This document shows, piece by piece, positions 29,795-40,023 of a stretch of DNA of 64,000 nucleotides. Positions within the stretch are counted from its first letter, which is position 1. Each line of letters begins with the position of its first letter. The notes under the pieces were generated by a model. The model did not search any database. It saw only the letters and a program-made list of their open reading frames with translations, and had not been told where the DNA came from. The DNA lies in the NCBI GenBank assembly GCA_963815195.1, contig CAWFGE010000016.1, positions 96,001-160,000 of the forward strand, written 5' to 3'. The translations under genes were made by a program, and so were the position numbers. The stretch comes from an uncultured Planctomycetaceae bacterium. GTDB taxonomy: Bacteria; Planctomycetota; Planctomycetia; Planctomycetales; Planctomycetaceae.

Positions 29795-30265
29795 TTAGCT
29801 TTCGTCTTGCACCTCGACCCAGAGAGCAATCTGCACCGGGGCATTGAGGGGCATTTCGCTCGTTCCCAAGGCGACGCGGGTGTGTTTGCCGGGTTCTCCG
29901 AAGGCCTCGGCCAGAATTTCCGACGCCGTGTTGAGCACCACCGGCTGCTGCTGAAACCCCGGTGCCGAATGCACGAAACCTTCCAGCCGGACGATGCGGG
30001 CGACGTGGTCCAAGTTGCCTATGCAGGCTTTCACCTGGGCGAGCGCATTGAGGACGCACAACCGAGCGGCGAATTGGCCCTCTTCGATTGTCAGATCGTG
30101 GCCCACCTTGCCTTCAAACGCCAGTTCTTTCCCGACGAAAGGCAGTTGCCCGCTGGTCACGACCTGGTTTCCGCTGCGGACCACAGGGACATAAAAGCCC
30201 ACGGGAGCCGGGGCTTGGGGAAGCGCGTGTCCCATCTCCGCGAGTCGCTCTTCGACATGGCTCAT
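29795..30265 (-). CDS. RidA/YjgF family protein
   Basis: YVPVVRSGNQVVTSGQLP, GKHTRVALG, PLNAPVQI. Confidence 0.9.
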   Translation of the reverse strand: MSHVEERLAEMGHALPQAPAPVGFYVPVVRSGNQVVTSGQLPFVGKELAFEGKVGHDLTIEEGQFAARLCVLNALAQVKACIGNLDHVARIVRLEGFVHSAPGFQQQPVVLNTASEILAEAFGEPGKHTRVALGTSEMPLNAPVQIALWVEVQDES

Positions 30266-30372
30266 CAATTTGTTCTCCAGAACGCGATTTTCGGATTCCG
30301 CGGGTTTCCATGGCAGGAAGGGTTTATCGTGACTCATCCACCAGCGAATTGCAAGGATTCCCGAATTTTCCC

Positions 30373-31619
30373 CAGGGCCGCCCGCTTTTATAAGATGCCC
30401 AGTTTGGCAAGGAGTTGGTTGACTTTGAGGGCATTTTCCCGGAGGGCGGCGGCGATATTCGTGTGGCCCAGGCGGCGCAACAGGCCGATGGCGGCGTTTC
30501 GGACCGTCGCCAGGTTCTCGGGGGCCGAACCCGTGCGGATGCGGCTGGCGTCTTCTCCCATCGTGACATCCCGAACATAATGCAATTGGTTCTCGATCTT
30601 CCAATGATCTCGCGACCAGGTTAAAAGTGTTGCCGCATTGGCCTGGGAGCGGGGCACGCTCGTGATGGCGTATTCCACCTCGCGAGTGGTCTCGCCGCCG
30701 CGGGTAACCGTTCGCGTGATTTGGCAAACCTGGCCCACGTGCGGCCAATCCAGATAATCATTTAAGCTCGTCGAACTCACCAGCCGGCGATGTTCAACGC
30801 GGCCCCGTGATTTTTCGAGCGTCTCGAACTCATCTCGCTCGGCCTGGTATTCCCGCTGGACGTAGGGGGGGAAAAGGCCTCCGTGTTCACGAAGGCCGAT
30901 TCGATGTTTTGCCGAAGCGTGGGTTGGTTGTCCTTGACCACCACGAAATAATGGCCGCCGCGGTCCCGAATCTTCTCGCACACCTCACGCTGGCAAAAGA
31001 TGGCATCCCCCACAATCACACGGCCCTCGAGCACCAGCGATTCCAAGAGTTCCATCGCCGCCTTATGCTCGTTGGTCTTCTCATCCACCGGCATTTGGCT
31101 CAGCACACAGCCTAATTTGTGATCCAGCGCCGAGAGCAGATGAATCGCGGCTCATGCGCCGTCAGCGTGCCCCGCAACGTCTTGCCATCGATCGAGGTCG
31201 CCGACAATTCCTCGTCGAGAGATAGTTCGAGTCCGTCCTGCACCCAGCGGGTCAGGGCGTCGGCGAACGCCTCGGCCGAAAGCCGCGAGAAGAGTTCTTC
31301 AAAACAGGTGGACTTTGGCGGGATTCGCTTGAACCCAAGCCGATGCCAGGTCGAGACGGGCTGCAAATGCAACCACTGCACAATCGCTTGATAACTGCGG
31401 GAACCACAGAGCACCGCGCAGACAACCGTGGCCAGCATGGCCGAGAGAGGGTGACGTAGTCCCTGACGCCCCCGTGGATCAGGAACTTGCGACACAAAGG
31501 CCAGCAAGCTCCTCCCGGGAGCAGAAGCCATCGAATCCATCCTCCAAGGGAGAAAAATGTTCCGTCAAACTTCCAACATTCTACCCAACACCCGCCTCAT
31601 AAAAAAGCGGGACGCCCTG
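30373..31619 (-). mobile_element. ISAs1-family insertion sequence, 1247 bp
   Basis: TIRs CAGGGCCGCCCGCTTTT / (revcomp) CAGGGCGTCCCGCTTTT. Perfect 10-bp target duplication GAATTTTCCC at 30363-30372 and 31620-31629. Confidence 0.95.
30388..31540 (-). CDS. ISAs1 (H-repeat) DDE transposase split over three frames
   Basis: [52 protein letters not shown]. Confidence 0.9.
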
Positions 31620-31731
31620 GAATTTTCCCGGCCCTCGGTTGCAAGTCCGGCAGGGGTGGTTAAACTACGAGGTTTCCGCACCGAAAATCCCGGTTTGTGC
31701 AGGTTTGTTCCCGTGTTTGAGGAGAAGTTAG

Positions 31732-32094
31732 GTGGCCGTTCGGATTCGCATGAAACGTTTCGGGCGCAGGCATCGCCCGTTCTTCCGCATTTGCGTGATG
31801 GACGCCCGCAGCCCGCGCGACGGCAAGGCAATTGAAGAACTCGGCTATTACGATCCGATGGTTCGCGACAAGTCGCAGCGCGTGAGCCTCAAAATGGACC
31901 GCGTGGATTACTGGATGTCCGTCGGGGCCCAGCCTTCGGAAAAGGTCTCCACGCTGATTAAGAAAGTCAAGAACAACAAGTTCGGCAAAGCCGCCCCGCC
32001 GCCTCCGATGACAGCTCCCAAGGCCCCGCCGGAACCCGAAGCCGAGTCGGAAACCCCCGCCGAAGAAGCCCCCACGGAAGGCGGCGAGGAATAA
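31732..32094 (+). CDS. rpsP: 30S ribosomal protein S16
   Basis: MAVRIRMKRFGRRHRPFFRI...RDGKAIEELGYYDP. Confidence 0.97.
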   Translation: MAVRIRMKRFGRRHRPFFRICVMDARSPRDGKAIEELGYYDPMVRDKSQRVSLKMDRVDYWMSVGAQPSEKVSTLIKKVKNNKFGKAAPPPPMTAPKAPPEPEAESETPAEEAPTEGGEE

Positions 32095-32123
32095 GGAATG
32101 AACGTGCGAGAAAAGAATTAGCC

Positions 32124-32191
32124 GCAGGGGGGCACCGCCCGCAGGGGGGCACCGCCCGCAGGGGGGCACCGCCCGCAGGGGGGTCCGCCCC
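32124..32191 (+). repeat. Tandem repeat, 4 x 17 bp (GCAGGGGGGCACCGCCC)
   Basis: Three perfect copies and one variant between rpsP and trmD. Confidence 0.9.
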
Positions 32192-32261
32192 GGTTTAATG
32201 GATTTTCTCTCACGTTTGCTGAACCGGACGCTAGCGCGTGCCGGCTAATAAGTTGAGTCCA

Positions 32262-32978
32262 ATGCGTTTCGATGTGCTGACGCTCTTTCCGGAGATTTTC
32301 AATGGCTATCTTCAGCAAAGTCTGTTGAAGCTCGCCATCGAACGCGGTTTGGTCGAAGTGCATCTGTGGGATTTTCGGAATTGGGCCCCCGGCAAACGGC
32401 GGTCGGTGGATGACAAGCCCTTTGGGGGCGGACCGGGGATGCTCCTCTGCTGCCAACCGGTGTTCGACGCCGTGGAAGCCGTGCAGAAAGAAGGCGAAGC
32501 GCCGGGGCAGCTCGTGATGCTCTCGCCCCAAGGCCGGCGGCTGACGCAAAAAGTGGTGGAAGAACTCGCCGGCTTCCCCCGGTTGTTGTTGTTGTGCGGA
32601 CGATACGAAGGTTTTGATGAGCGGATTCGGCAGGGACTAAAACCCATCGAAATCTCGGCCGGAGACTTCATCGCCAACGGCGGCGAAGTCCCCGCGATGT
32701 TGGTGATCGACACGGTGATCCGGCTGGTTCCCGGCGTCCTCGGCGATGAAACCAGCCACAAATACGAATCCTTTGCAGAATCGGGCCTGCTCGAATATCC
32801 TCAATACACAAGGCCCCGCGAGTTCCGCGGGATGGAAGTCCCCGAGGTGCTTATCAACGGCAACCATCAGGAAATCGAGCGTTGGCGGCAGGAACAAGCA
32901 CTCAAACGAACCCAAGAACGGCGGGCCGATTTGCTCGCCGGCCAAAATAAAACGACACAAACCCAAGAAGGAACCTAA
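32262..32978 (+). CDS. trmD: tRNA (guanine37-N1)-methyltransferase
   Basis: MRFDVLTLFPE, VDDKPFGGGPGM, CGRYEGFDER, LLEYPQYTRP. Confidence 0.97.
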   Translation: MRFDVLTLFPEIFNGYLQQSLLKLAIERGLVEVHLWDFRNWAPGKRRSVDDKPFGGGPGMLLCCQPVFDAVEAVQKEGEAPGQLVMLSPQGRRLTQKVVEELAGFPRLLLLCGRYEGFDERIRQGLKPIEISAGDFIANGGEVPAMLVIDTVIRLVPGVLGDETSHKYESFAESGLLEYPQYTRPREFRGMEVPEVLINGNHQEIERWRQEQALKRTQERRADLLAGQNKTTQTQEGT

Positions 32979-32981
32979 GCC

Positions 32982-33347
32982 ATGCACGAGTTGCTATTGA
33001 AGGCGGAAGCCTCCAGCCTTCGCGAGGAACCGTTGGAATTTGAAATCGGCGACAGCGTGGACGTCCACACGCGGATCCTGGAAGGCAACAAGGAACGCAT
33101 CCAGGTGTTCAGCGGCGTGGTGATCGCCACGCGGGGCAGCGGCACGCGGGAGATGTTCACCGTCCGCCGAATCGTCGCCGGCGAAGGCGTGGAGCGGACC
33201 TTCCCCGTCAACTCCCCCAAAATCGCCAAGCTGGAAGTCGTCCGCCACGGCCGCGTCCGCCGGGCGAAGTTGTATTACCTCCGCGACCGCGTCGGCAAAG
33301 CGACCCGCCTCGCCGAACGCCGCGCAAAAGAGACCGACAAGCAGTAA
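32982..33347 (+). CDS. rplS: 50S ribosomal protein L19
   Basis: [29 protein letters not shown]. Confidence 0.97.
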   Translation: MHELLLKAEASSLREEPLEFEIGDSVDVHTRILEGNKERIQVFSGVVIATRGSGTREMFTVRRIVAGEGVERTFPVNSPKIAKLEVVRHGRVRRAKLYYLRDRVGKATRLAERRAKETDKQ

Positions 33348-33355
33348 AGCTTAAA

Positions 33356-33457
33356 GGCGAGCGGGGGGCGTAAGCCCCCTGGTTTGCTACAGCCCTGGAA
33401 ACGTAACCGAACACAAGCGATCGTGAGTGACCAGCCAGCTTACGCTGGCCGCTCGCC
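33356..33457. repeat. REP doublet (GGCGAGCG-stem family)
   Basis: GGCGAGCGGGGGGCGTAAGCCCCCTGGT and inverted ACCAGCCAGCTTACGCTGGCCGCTCGCC. Confidence 0.8.
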
Positions 33458-33484
33458 TGGACAGATTTGGTTGTGGGATTTCCC

Positions 33485-33883
33485 ATGTTGCGGGCGCTCT
33501 TCATCCATTGGCTTGGTGATCGGGGAGAGCGAAAGGCCGCGAGCTTTCTTCGCAAGCAGGGCTACCGCATTCTGGCCCGCCAGTATGCCAACCGTTTCGG
33601 CGAAATCGATTTGATCGCCCGCGACGGGGACTCGATCGTGTTCGTGGAAGTCAAAACCCGCCGGTCCGACCAGGCGGGACTCCCCGTGGAAGCCGTGACT
33701 GCGGACAAGCAGCGCAAACTCACGAATACCGCGCTCGTGTGGCTCAAACGGCGGGGCTTGTTGGAATCCCGCTGCCGATTCGATGTGGTCGCGATCGTCT
33801 GGCCGAAAGACTCCAAATCCCCCGAGATCACCCACTACAAAAACGCATTCCCCGCCGCCGGCTTCGGGAGCATGTATTCCTGA
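33485..33883 (+). CDS. yraN: YraN family (UPF0102) protein
   Basis: GDRGE, GEIDLI, FVEVKTR, RFDVVAI. Confidence 0.92.
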   Translation: MLRALFIHWLGDRGERKAASFLRKQGYRILARQYANRFGEIDLIARDGDSIVFVEVKTRRSDQAGLPVEAVTADKQRKLTNTALVWLKRRGLLESRCRFDVVAIVWPKDSKSPEITHYKNAFPAAGFGSMYS

Positions 33884-33893
33884 AAACCGGGCG

Positions 33894-35027
33894 TCAGTCT
33901 TCTTTCCGGGGCGGTCGGGGGCCGTAGTATTGGTAATAGGTGCAGGCGATGCGGCCGTTGTAGAGTTTGCGGCGTTTGTCGGCTTTCTTGCCGAAAAGCC
34001 GTTCAAAGTCGGGGTGCGAGGTCAGCACATAGATCGACCACGTATCCAGCGGCTCAAACACGCGGGCCATGTCGCGGTACAGGTTTTCGACTTCGCTTAT
34101 GTTCCCGGAGCGTTCGCCGTAGGGCGGATTCGCGATCACGCAGCCGAATTTCTTGGGCGTGGAGAGACCCTGAAACTCCTGCTGCTGAAAATGGATGTCC
34201 GCTTCCACGCCGGCGGCGCGGGCATGTTGGCGGGCATGGCGAAGGACCAACGGATTTCGGTCGTTGGCGACGATGGGAAACGCCAGATCCCCCGTCGCCA
34301 GGTCGCGGGCTTCATTGCGAGCTTCCGTCCAAAGCGTTCCAGAAACTTGCGGCCAATGCTCCGAGGCGAAGGTGCGGTTCAATCCGGGGGCTAAGTTTCG
34401 CCCGATGAGCGCGGCTTCGATGGGCAGCGTGCCCGCTCCGCAAAAGGGATCGATCAGCGGGCGCTCGCGGTTCCAAAAGCTGAGTTGAATCAGCCCCGCC
34501 GCCAGCGTTTCCTTGAGCGGCGACAACCCGCCGGCCAAGCGGTAGCCCCGTTTGTGGAGGCCCGGCCCCGAAGTGTCGATCGCCAGCACCGCCTTGTCGT
34601 GGATGATCGAGATTTCGACGGCGTATTCCGGCCCCGTTTCTTCGATCCAATCGCCTCCCTGCTTGGACTTCAGGGCTTCCACGATGGCTTTCTTCACGAT
34701 GGACTGGCAGGAAGGCACGTGATGCAGTTGGGACCAAGACGACCGCCCGCGGACCGGGAATTGGGCCTTTGCCGGCAGGATTTCCGGCCAAGGCACCGCT
34801 TTGGTTTGATCGAAGAGTTCGCCGAAGTCGCGGGCTTCGAACTCGGCGACCTTCCACATCACGCGGTCGGCGGAGCGGAGCCAAAGATTGCTCCGGCAGG
34901 CGCCCAGCCAGTCGGCTTCGTAGATGACCCGGCCATCCTCCGTTCGCTGCTGCTCAAACCCCAGCGCACGCAGCTCGCGCGCGACGACCGCTTCCAATCC
35001 AAATTTCGCCGTGGCCAATAATTCCAT
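33894..35027 (-). CDS. THUMP-domain class I SAM-dependent RNA methyltransferase (RlmL/YpsC-like)
   Basis: GLEAVVAREL, GLHKRGYR, PLKETLAA, DPFCGAGT, NPPYGER. Confidence 0.92.
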   Translation of the reverse strand: MELLATAKFGLEAVVARELRALGFEQQRTEDGRVIYEADWLGACRSNLWLRSADRVMWKVAEFEARDFGELFDQTKAVPWPEILPAKAQFPVRGRSSWSQLHHVPSCQSIVKKAIVEALKSKQGGDWIEETGPEYAVEISIIHDKAVLAIDTSGPGLHKRGYRLAGGLSPLKETLAAGLIQLSFWNRERPLIDPFCGAGTLPIEAALIGRNLAPGLNRTFASEHWPQVSGTLWTEARNEARDLATGDLAFPIVANDRNPLVLRHARQHARAAGVEADIHFQQQEFQGLSTPKKFGCVIANPPYGERSGNISEVENLYRDMARVFEPLDTWSIYVLTSHPDFERLFGKKADKRRKLYNGRIACTYYQYYGPRPPRKED

Positions 35028-35940
35028 TAAGAGTTCGCTGGGAAAGTTTGTGATTCAAAGGAGAAACCGTCAATGTTTCAGTCGTGGCAGGAATCTGTTC
35101 GGGAAACAATTGCAGGATCGTCTCTTGGATGCGTTGGATCCGGCGGTCGGGATCGGGGTGGGTGCTGAAAAACTCCGCGGTTCGGCCTTGCCCCGCCGAT
35201 TTGAGAACCTTGATCACCTCGAGCATCGCCAGCGGATTGTAGCCGGCTTTCGCCATGAAATACACGCCGTCGCGGTCGGCTTCCAGCTCATCCTCGCGGC
35301 CGTATTTCATGTTGATGAGCTTCCCCAACGCCAAGGCGACTTGGGCGGCCCTTTGCGTTTCCGGATCGTCGGGATCATCCGAGGAGAGCACCACCGCTCC
35401 GGTGATTTCCTTCGTGAGCTGCGACTTGGCAAGCCGCTCGGCGCTGTGGCGTTCGACGACATGGGCAATCTCATGAGCCAGGACGCCCGCGAGTTGGCCG
35501 TCCGTTGGAAGTTGATCCAAAAGCCCCGCCGTGATAAACACCTGCCCGCCGGGAAGTGCGAAGGCATTCAGGATCCGCTCATCCCGCAGCACGTGGAACT
35601 CAAACGGATAGGGATTGCGGTCGCCCAACGCCGCGGCGAGAATTTCCCGGCCCACGCGGTCCGCGCGGCTTTGCCGGTTCGCGTCGGGGTGCAGTCCTTT
35701 GTAGCGCTTCATCATCGCGGGGGCGGCTTGCCGGCCGATGGCGATTTCCTTCTGGGGCGAGATGAAAACTCGCTGATGTTCCCCCGTCACCGGATTTGTC
35801 CGCGGCGACGTGCAATAGGAGTAGATCGAAATCCCCGCCACCACCGCCGCCAACACGACATGGGGCAGCCGGCTCGCGCCCTGTCGCGGCGACGGCCGAT
35901 GTAACGGGTGGCGACGGGCACGCAACGGACAACTCTCCAC
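34954..35940 (-). CDS. M48 family zinc metallopeptidase (termini uncertain)
   Basis: NAFALPGG, HEIAH, ELEAD, FFSTHP. Long overlap with the next gene suggests a 3' frameshift. Confidence 0.85.
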   Translation of the reverse strand: MESCPLRARRHPLHRPSPRQGASRLPHVVLAAVVAGISIYSYCTSPRTNPVTGEHQRVFISPQKEIAIGRQAAPAMMKRYKGLHPDANRQSRADRVGREILAAALGDRNPYPFEFHVLRDERILNAFALPGGQVFITAGLLDQLPTDGQLAGVLAHEIAHVVERHSAERLAKSQLTKEITGAVVLSSDDPDDPETQRAAQVALALGKLINMKYGREDELEADRDGVYFMAKAGYNPLAMLEVIKVLKSAGQGRTAEFFSTHPDPDRRIQRIQETILQLFPEQIPATTETLTVSPLNHKLSQRTLNGIIGHGEIWIGSGRRARAACAGV

Positions 35941-36032
35941 GAGACGGCACGGAACTGGACGTATTCCAAACGCTCTTCAATTATTGGCCAGGCCTGTTCG
36001 CGTTGCAACAATAATCAAATGGCCATCGCCCA

Positions 36033-37874
36033 TTAGTGCTCAACTTCCAGAACGACAGGGCCGATTTCGCAATCATCGAACTCCTGGGGTTTGTCCTTGA
36101 GCGGCGTTTGCTCCAGCCGCCAGGCGTTTGTTCCGGCTTTGAGAACGCCCGCCGGGATGGCCAGCCGGATCGGTTGTGTCGGTTTTAAGGAGCTTCGCTG
36201 GGAAATGTGGTCGTTCAGCCGGCCAAGCGGGTGCCCGTTGAGCGACACTTGGGTGCCCAGTTGGCCGTTGCGGAGTTTTGACAGAAACCGGCTGCCCGGC
36301 GGCGTGCCCGGACCGGCGGGTTCCAACTCCGCCACGTCGAGGCGCAGAAACGCTTTGCCCCGCGGAGGCAGAGGGAACGGTTCTGGTGGGCGCTGCGCGG
36401 CGGGAATTGAAACTCCCCTGCGTATTGGTGGCCGATGGGTTCCTGCACGCGGAATGCAGGTTTTCCCTGATTGCCCAGGTGGAGGACGTCGAATGTCAAC
36501 ACCTGCGAGACGCCGAGGAACCGGGGTTTTAAATACTCCAATTGTTCGATCGGGATTTTGATCGTGCCGAGCCAGGCGTGGTCCAGCGTGACGGAGTCCG
36601 CATCGGCCGAGGTGAGGACGGCGGAAACTTCGTCCGGCGGTTGGTAAGGATGATCCGCGTACCGCTGGAATTGCACCTCCGCGTGCCAGCCCGTCAATTG
36701 TCGGAACAGGACGGCCGGCTTTTCCAAAGAGGCCTGGTTGCCCAAAACCAGGCGATCGAGCCGACTCCAAGGCAGCGCGGCTTTCCCGAAGGCGCCCTCG
36801 ATGTGGACGGCATGCGAATCGATGTCTTCCACCCGGCCGTAAATCACGTCGCCATTCTTGAGCACCGCTTGGGCTTGCTTTTCCCATGAGAGGCGCTTTG
36901 CGTTTTCGCTTTGCCGCGAGAGGCTCCGCAAGCTGCACGTCATCGAACCAAACCGCGGCTTCGCTTTGCGGGTTCTGATTTTGAGAAGCACTCGCTTCGG
37001 AATACAACCGGAGCGATTGCAGCTTGGCGTCCGGCGGCGGGCCGAAGGCCAACAGATGCGTGCCGAGGAACACGTGAAAACGGGTGTCGTCCCAGACGAC
37101 CGTGAGCTGCTTCCAGCCGCGAGACCGAGGCAGCGGCTGAATGGTCAAATCGAACTCCAGCGGCGCGGAAACAGTGTAAACATCCTTATCCGAAGGCAGG
37201 TAGATCGCCAGGCGGTTTTGTTGCTGCGGCATGGCCAATTGCAATTCCACGCCGTTTCGGTGTTTCTCGGTGTGCGGGGCCGGGTCGTAAAAGGCGAGGC
37301 TCAACCGTCCGGCAGCCAGCGGCTCTTTCCATGTCCGCACGAGACTGCCGCCCGGCTCGATTTCTAAAGCGGTGCGGTTTCCCATGCGGGCGGGTTTAAT
37401 GTTTCCGGTGCTTTTCCAGTTGGCGGATAACGCCGACTGGAAGTCTTCCTGGAACAATTGGCTTTCGCCCTGCGGCTGGGAGATCGAAAGCACCGCCTGG
37501 GACGGCAAGTTGAAAGTCTTTCCAAGTGCTTTGACGGTGAGGTTCTGATTCGTGAACTTCAGCAACTCGCCCGTGATTCGGCCGCCTCCGCGCAGCAAGA
37601 ACACGCGGGCCGGGCGTTCGTTCTGGAGGACGGGCGAGCTTCGCGGAAAGTCGATTCGCTCGACGGTTCCCAGCCGCTGCGGATTTGACTCCGCTTCCGC
37701 TTGAAATACCAAGTCGCCCGCCGACTGTCCGTGCAACCCCCCTTCCAGAATGGAGCCATTCTTGAGCCTGGCTTGTTGTTCTCCCGCATTGGTGAAATCC
37801 ACCGTCCAGAGGATGACGACACCGGCGGCTAATAACGACAACCGAATTGAGGGCGATCGAAGAAATATCATCAC
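36033..37874 (-). CDS. Secreted hypothetical protein (two compensating frameshifts near 36885 and 36405)
   Basis: Signal peptide and repeated L(K)NG..I.G units; the middle reads in the 36215..36991 frame. Confidence 0.65.
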   Translation of the reverse strand: MMIFLRSPSIRLSLLAAGVVILWTVDFTNAGEQQARLKNGSILEGGLHGQSAGDLVFQAEAESNPQRLGTVERIDFPRSSPVLQNERPARVFLLRGGGRITGELLKFTNQNLTVKALGKTFNLPSQAVLSISQPQGESQLFQEDFQSALSANWKSTGNIKPARMGNRTALEIEPGGSLVRTWKEPLAAGRLSLAFYDPAPHTEKHRNGVELQLAMPQQQNRLAIYLPSDKDVYTVSAPLEFDLTIQPLPRSRGWKQLTVVWDDTRFHVFLGTHLLAFGPPPDAKLQSLRLYSEASASQNQNPQSEAAVWFDDVQLAEPLAAKRKRKAPLMGKASPSGAQEWRRDLRPGGRHRFACRPHRGRLRESRAALESARSPGFGQPGLFGKAGRPVPTIDGLARGGAIPAVRGSSLPTAGRSFRRPHLGRCGLRHAGPRLARHDQNPDRTIGVFKTPVPRRLAGVDIRRPPPGQSGKTCIPRAGTHRPPIRRGVSIPAAQRPPEPFPLPPRGKAFLRLDVAELEPAGPGTPPGSRFLSKLRNGQLGTQVSLNGHPLGRLNDHISQRSSLKPTQPIRLAIPAGVLKAGTNAWRLEQTPLKDKPQEFDDCEIGPVVLEVEH

Positions 37875-38056
37875 GAAGTTTCAGCGTTTCATGCAGGCGT
37901 CCCGAAGCGAAGCTTCGCGAGACGGCGTTCTCAAGGTGGAGCTTGGGAACGAGGAGTGGAGCGAGTCATGGATTTGTATCACAATTTCGCCGTCTAGGGC
38001 AGGATCCCGCCGGCGGGACTGCCCGACAACTCGCGGGATCGACTTGCACGGGTCCT

Positions 38057-38470
38057 TCAAGAAGCCCGCTCGCGCTTGTCCGTGTGGCCGCACATGGGGC
38101 AGGTGATGGGGGGCGGGGTGAAGACTTCACCGCAGCGGTGGCATTCGTGGTGGGAGAGGGCGGCTTTGAAGGGGATTTTTCGCGGGGCGGGGGGTGTGCG
38201 GGGACTGTTTGCGGGCCAGATCGATTCCAGAACGCCGCCGATGACGGCTCCCACGATTGAGAGCAGAATAATGATGACCTCCGGCGGTCTCGCTCCCGCG
38301 CACAACAGCACGCAGCCGATGAAGATGCCCAGCGTCGTTCCGCCCAACAAAAACCCAAACGCCGGTTTGCCCGGCGTCCGGGGGATGTTTGCTTTCGGTT
38401 CGGTTGGGGCCGGCGGAGCGGAGGGGCTGCGGCCGGCGGAACCGGGGGGCGATGTTGACGGCTGGCTCAT
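38057..38470 (-). CDS. Small two-TM protein with C-terminal zinc ribbon
   Basis: Two hydrophobic helices, CHRC...CPMCG; ATGA-coupled to the upstream gene. Confidence 0.65.
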   Translation of the reverse strand: MSQPSTSPPGSAGRSPSAPPAPTEPKANIPRTPGKPAFGFLLGGTTLGIFIGCVLLCAGARPPEVIIILLSIVGAVIGGVLESIWPANSPRTPPAPRKIPFKAALSHHECHRCGEVFTPPPITCPMCGHTDKRERAS

Positions 38471-40023
38471 TCTGCCCGCAGGACCTCGATTTTGACCTTG
38501 CCCAGGATTTGCATCATCGGCATGAAGGCCGTGACCATCACCGGGGCATCGTCCGACAGGCTGGACTCGGCGAGTTTGATGTGGGCCGCCCCGATTCCGC
38601 CCCGGCCCATCGTGGCATCGAGTGGAATCCAGGCCCCGTTGAGATACGCTTCGGTCCACATGTGCCCGCCGAAGCTTTCGGCCGATTCGACATACACCAG
38701 GCCGACCGCGACGCGGGAGGGGATGTTCTTCGCCCGCAGCATCGCCGCGAGGAGCATCGCGTGTTCGGTGCAGTCGCCTTCCAATGAGGCCGCGACTTCC
38801 GCGGCCGAGGCGAGGGCCGTGGAGAAGTTTTTCTTGTCCAGCTTGGTTTGGACGTAGCTTTCGAGGCGGTAGGCGAGTTTCACGGGATCGGTCTCGGCCG
38901 CGGCCGCATGCCGGGCCAACTGCTGGACGCGGGAATCGTCCGATTGCAGCCAGCGGGTGGATTTGAGGTATTCGTCACGGGCCGGCGTTTCCTTGCGGGG
39001 CTTCGGGGGGATCTTGGCCTGCGTCACGGTGAGTTCCACCGTCTGTGGATTGATGCGTTTGACCTCTTGCGTCGGGCCTTGGACAAAGAACCGGCTGGGG
39101 TCATCCTCTTCCAGAGTGATGCGGTACACCACGCGCTTCGTGGCGTGGCCGTTTTGGATGGGATCGACCGGGACCAGCGTATTGACGATCAAGTCCAGCT
39201 CTTCGCCCGCGATTTTTTTGAGGGCCTCTTCCTGGGAGACGCGGTAGGTCCGCATCTGCTGGCCGAGAAGAGCGGTTTCGGTGAGCATCACTTCGCCGTC
39301 GGCGTTGTAGTAGGCCCGCGTGGTCAGCGTGGGGTTGACCGATTGCGTCACGCGGACTTTGAGCAGCTTGTGCTGTTTGCCGTCGAGGAGTTTGACGAAG
39401 CGGTAATCGTCGGTGGAGAACTTGACGGTCGAGCCCGCGTCCAACTCCGGGAGAAAGGTTTTGAAGGTCCGGGTCTCGCCGGGCTTTAAGGGCGTTTGGC
39501 GGATGGAGCGGTCCTGAAACACGGGCGATTTGGTTTCGGGATCCCAGTTTCGGGACCGGCGGTCTCTGCGGTCGCCGGTCTGCGTTTCCAGCCGGAGCCA
39601 GCGGCTTTCGACTTTGGCTTCGGTGCGGCTCGAGCTTTTGGGCGGGTTCCGCATCTCGTACACAAACGACAACATCGCGCCGGTGAGCGATTCCGTGACT
39701 TCTTGATGGGTCTTGATGACCGTGGTGTCGCCGAGCCGTTTGAAAGTCAGATGCAAATCCGAAGTGGTGACGACGATGCGCTGTTTGCCTTGGACTTCCA
39801 GCCGGGCCTTGGCGTGGGCGTAGCCGATGCGGTTCTCTCCGAGATAGACGACCTCCCAGGACTCGTGGTTGATGGGGTCCACCGGTTTCCGCACGGGAGC
39901 GGCCGATGATTGGCCGGGCACGATTTGCGGGAGCTGAGCCGAGGCGGTTTGTACCGTGCCGACGCTCAGTGCCAAGGCGGAAAGGAGCCACAACGCGGAA
40001 AGTGAGACGGGTCTGATGTTCAT
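38467..40023 (-). CDS. Secreted transglutaminase-like protein
   Basis: GDCTEHA, HMWTEAY and PLDAT catalytic-triad motifs. Confidence 0.9.
   Translation of the reverse strand: MNIRPVSLSALWLLSALALSVGTVQTASAQLPQIVPGQSSAAPVRKPVDPINHESWEVVYLGENRIGYAHAKARLEVQGKQRIVVTTSDLHLTFKRLGDTTVIKTHQEVTESLTGAMLSFVYEMRNPPKSSSRTEAKVESRWLRLETQTGDRRDRRSRNWDPETKSPVFQDRSIRQTPLKPGETRTFKTFLPELDAGSTVKFSTDDYRFVKLLDGKQHKLLKVRVTQSVNPTLTTRAYYNADGEVMLTETALLGQQMRTYRVSQEEALKKIAGEELDLIVNTLVPVDPIQNGHATKRVVYRITLEEDDPSRFFVQGPTQEVKRINPQTVELTVTQAKIPPKPRKETPARDEYLKSTRWLQSDDSRVQQLARHAAAAETDPVKLAYRLESYVQTKLDKKNFSTALASAAEVAASLEGDCTEHAMLLAAMLRAKNIPSRVAVGLVYVESAESFGGHMWTEAYLNGAWIPLDATMGRGGIGAAHIKLAESSLSDDAPVMVTAFMPMMQILGKVKIEVLRAE

Noticed and set aside
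29795..30748. 317-aa RidA ORF with a long N-terminal extension
   Set aside because: The extension runs through the ISAs1 end; the real start is ATG 30265.
32124..32191. Possible CRISPR array
   Set aside because: Head-to-tail 17-bp units with no spacers and no cas genes.
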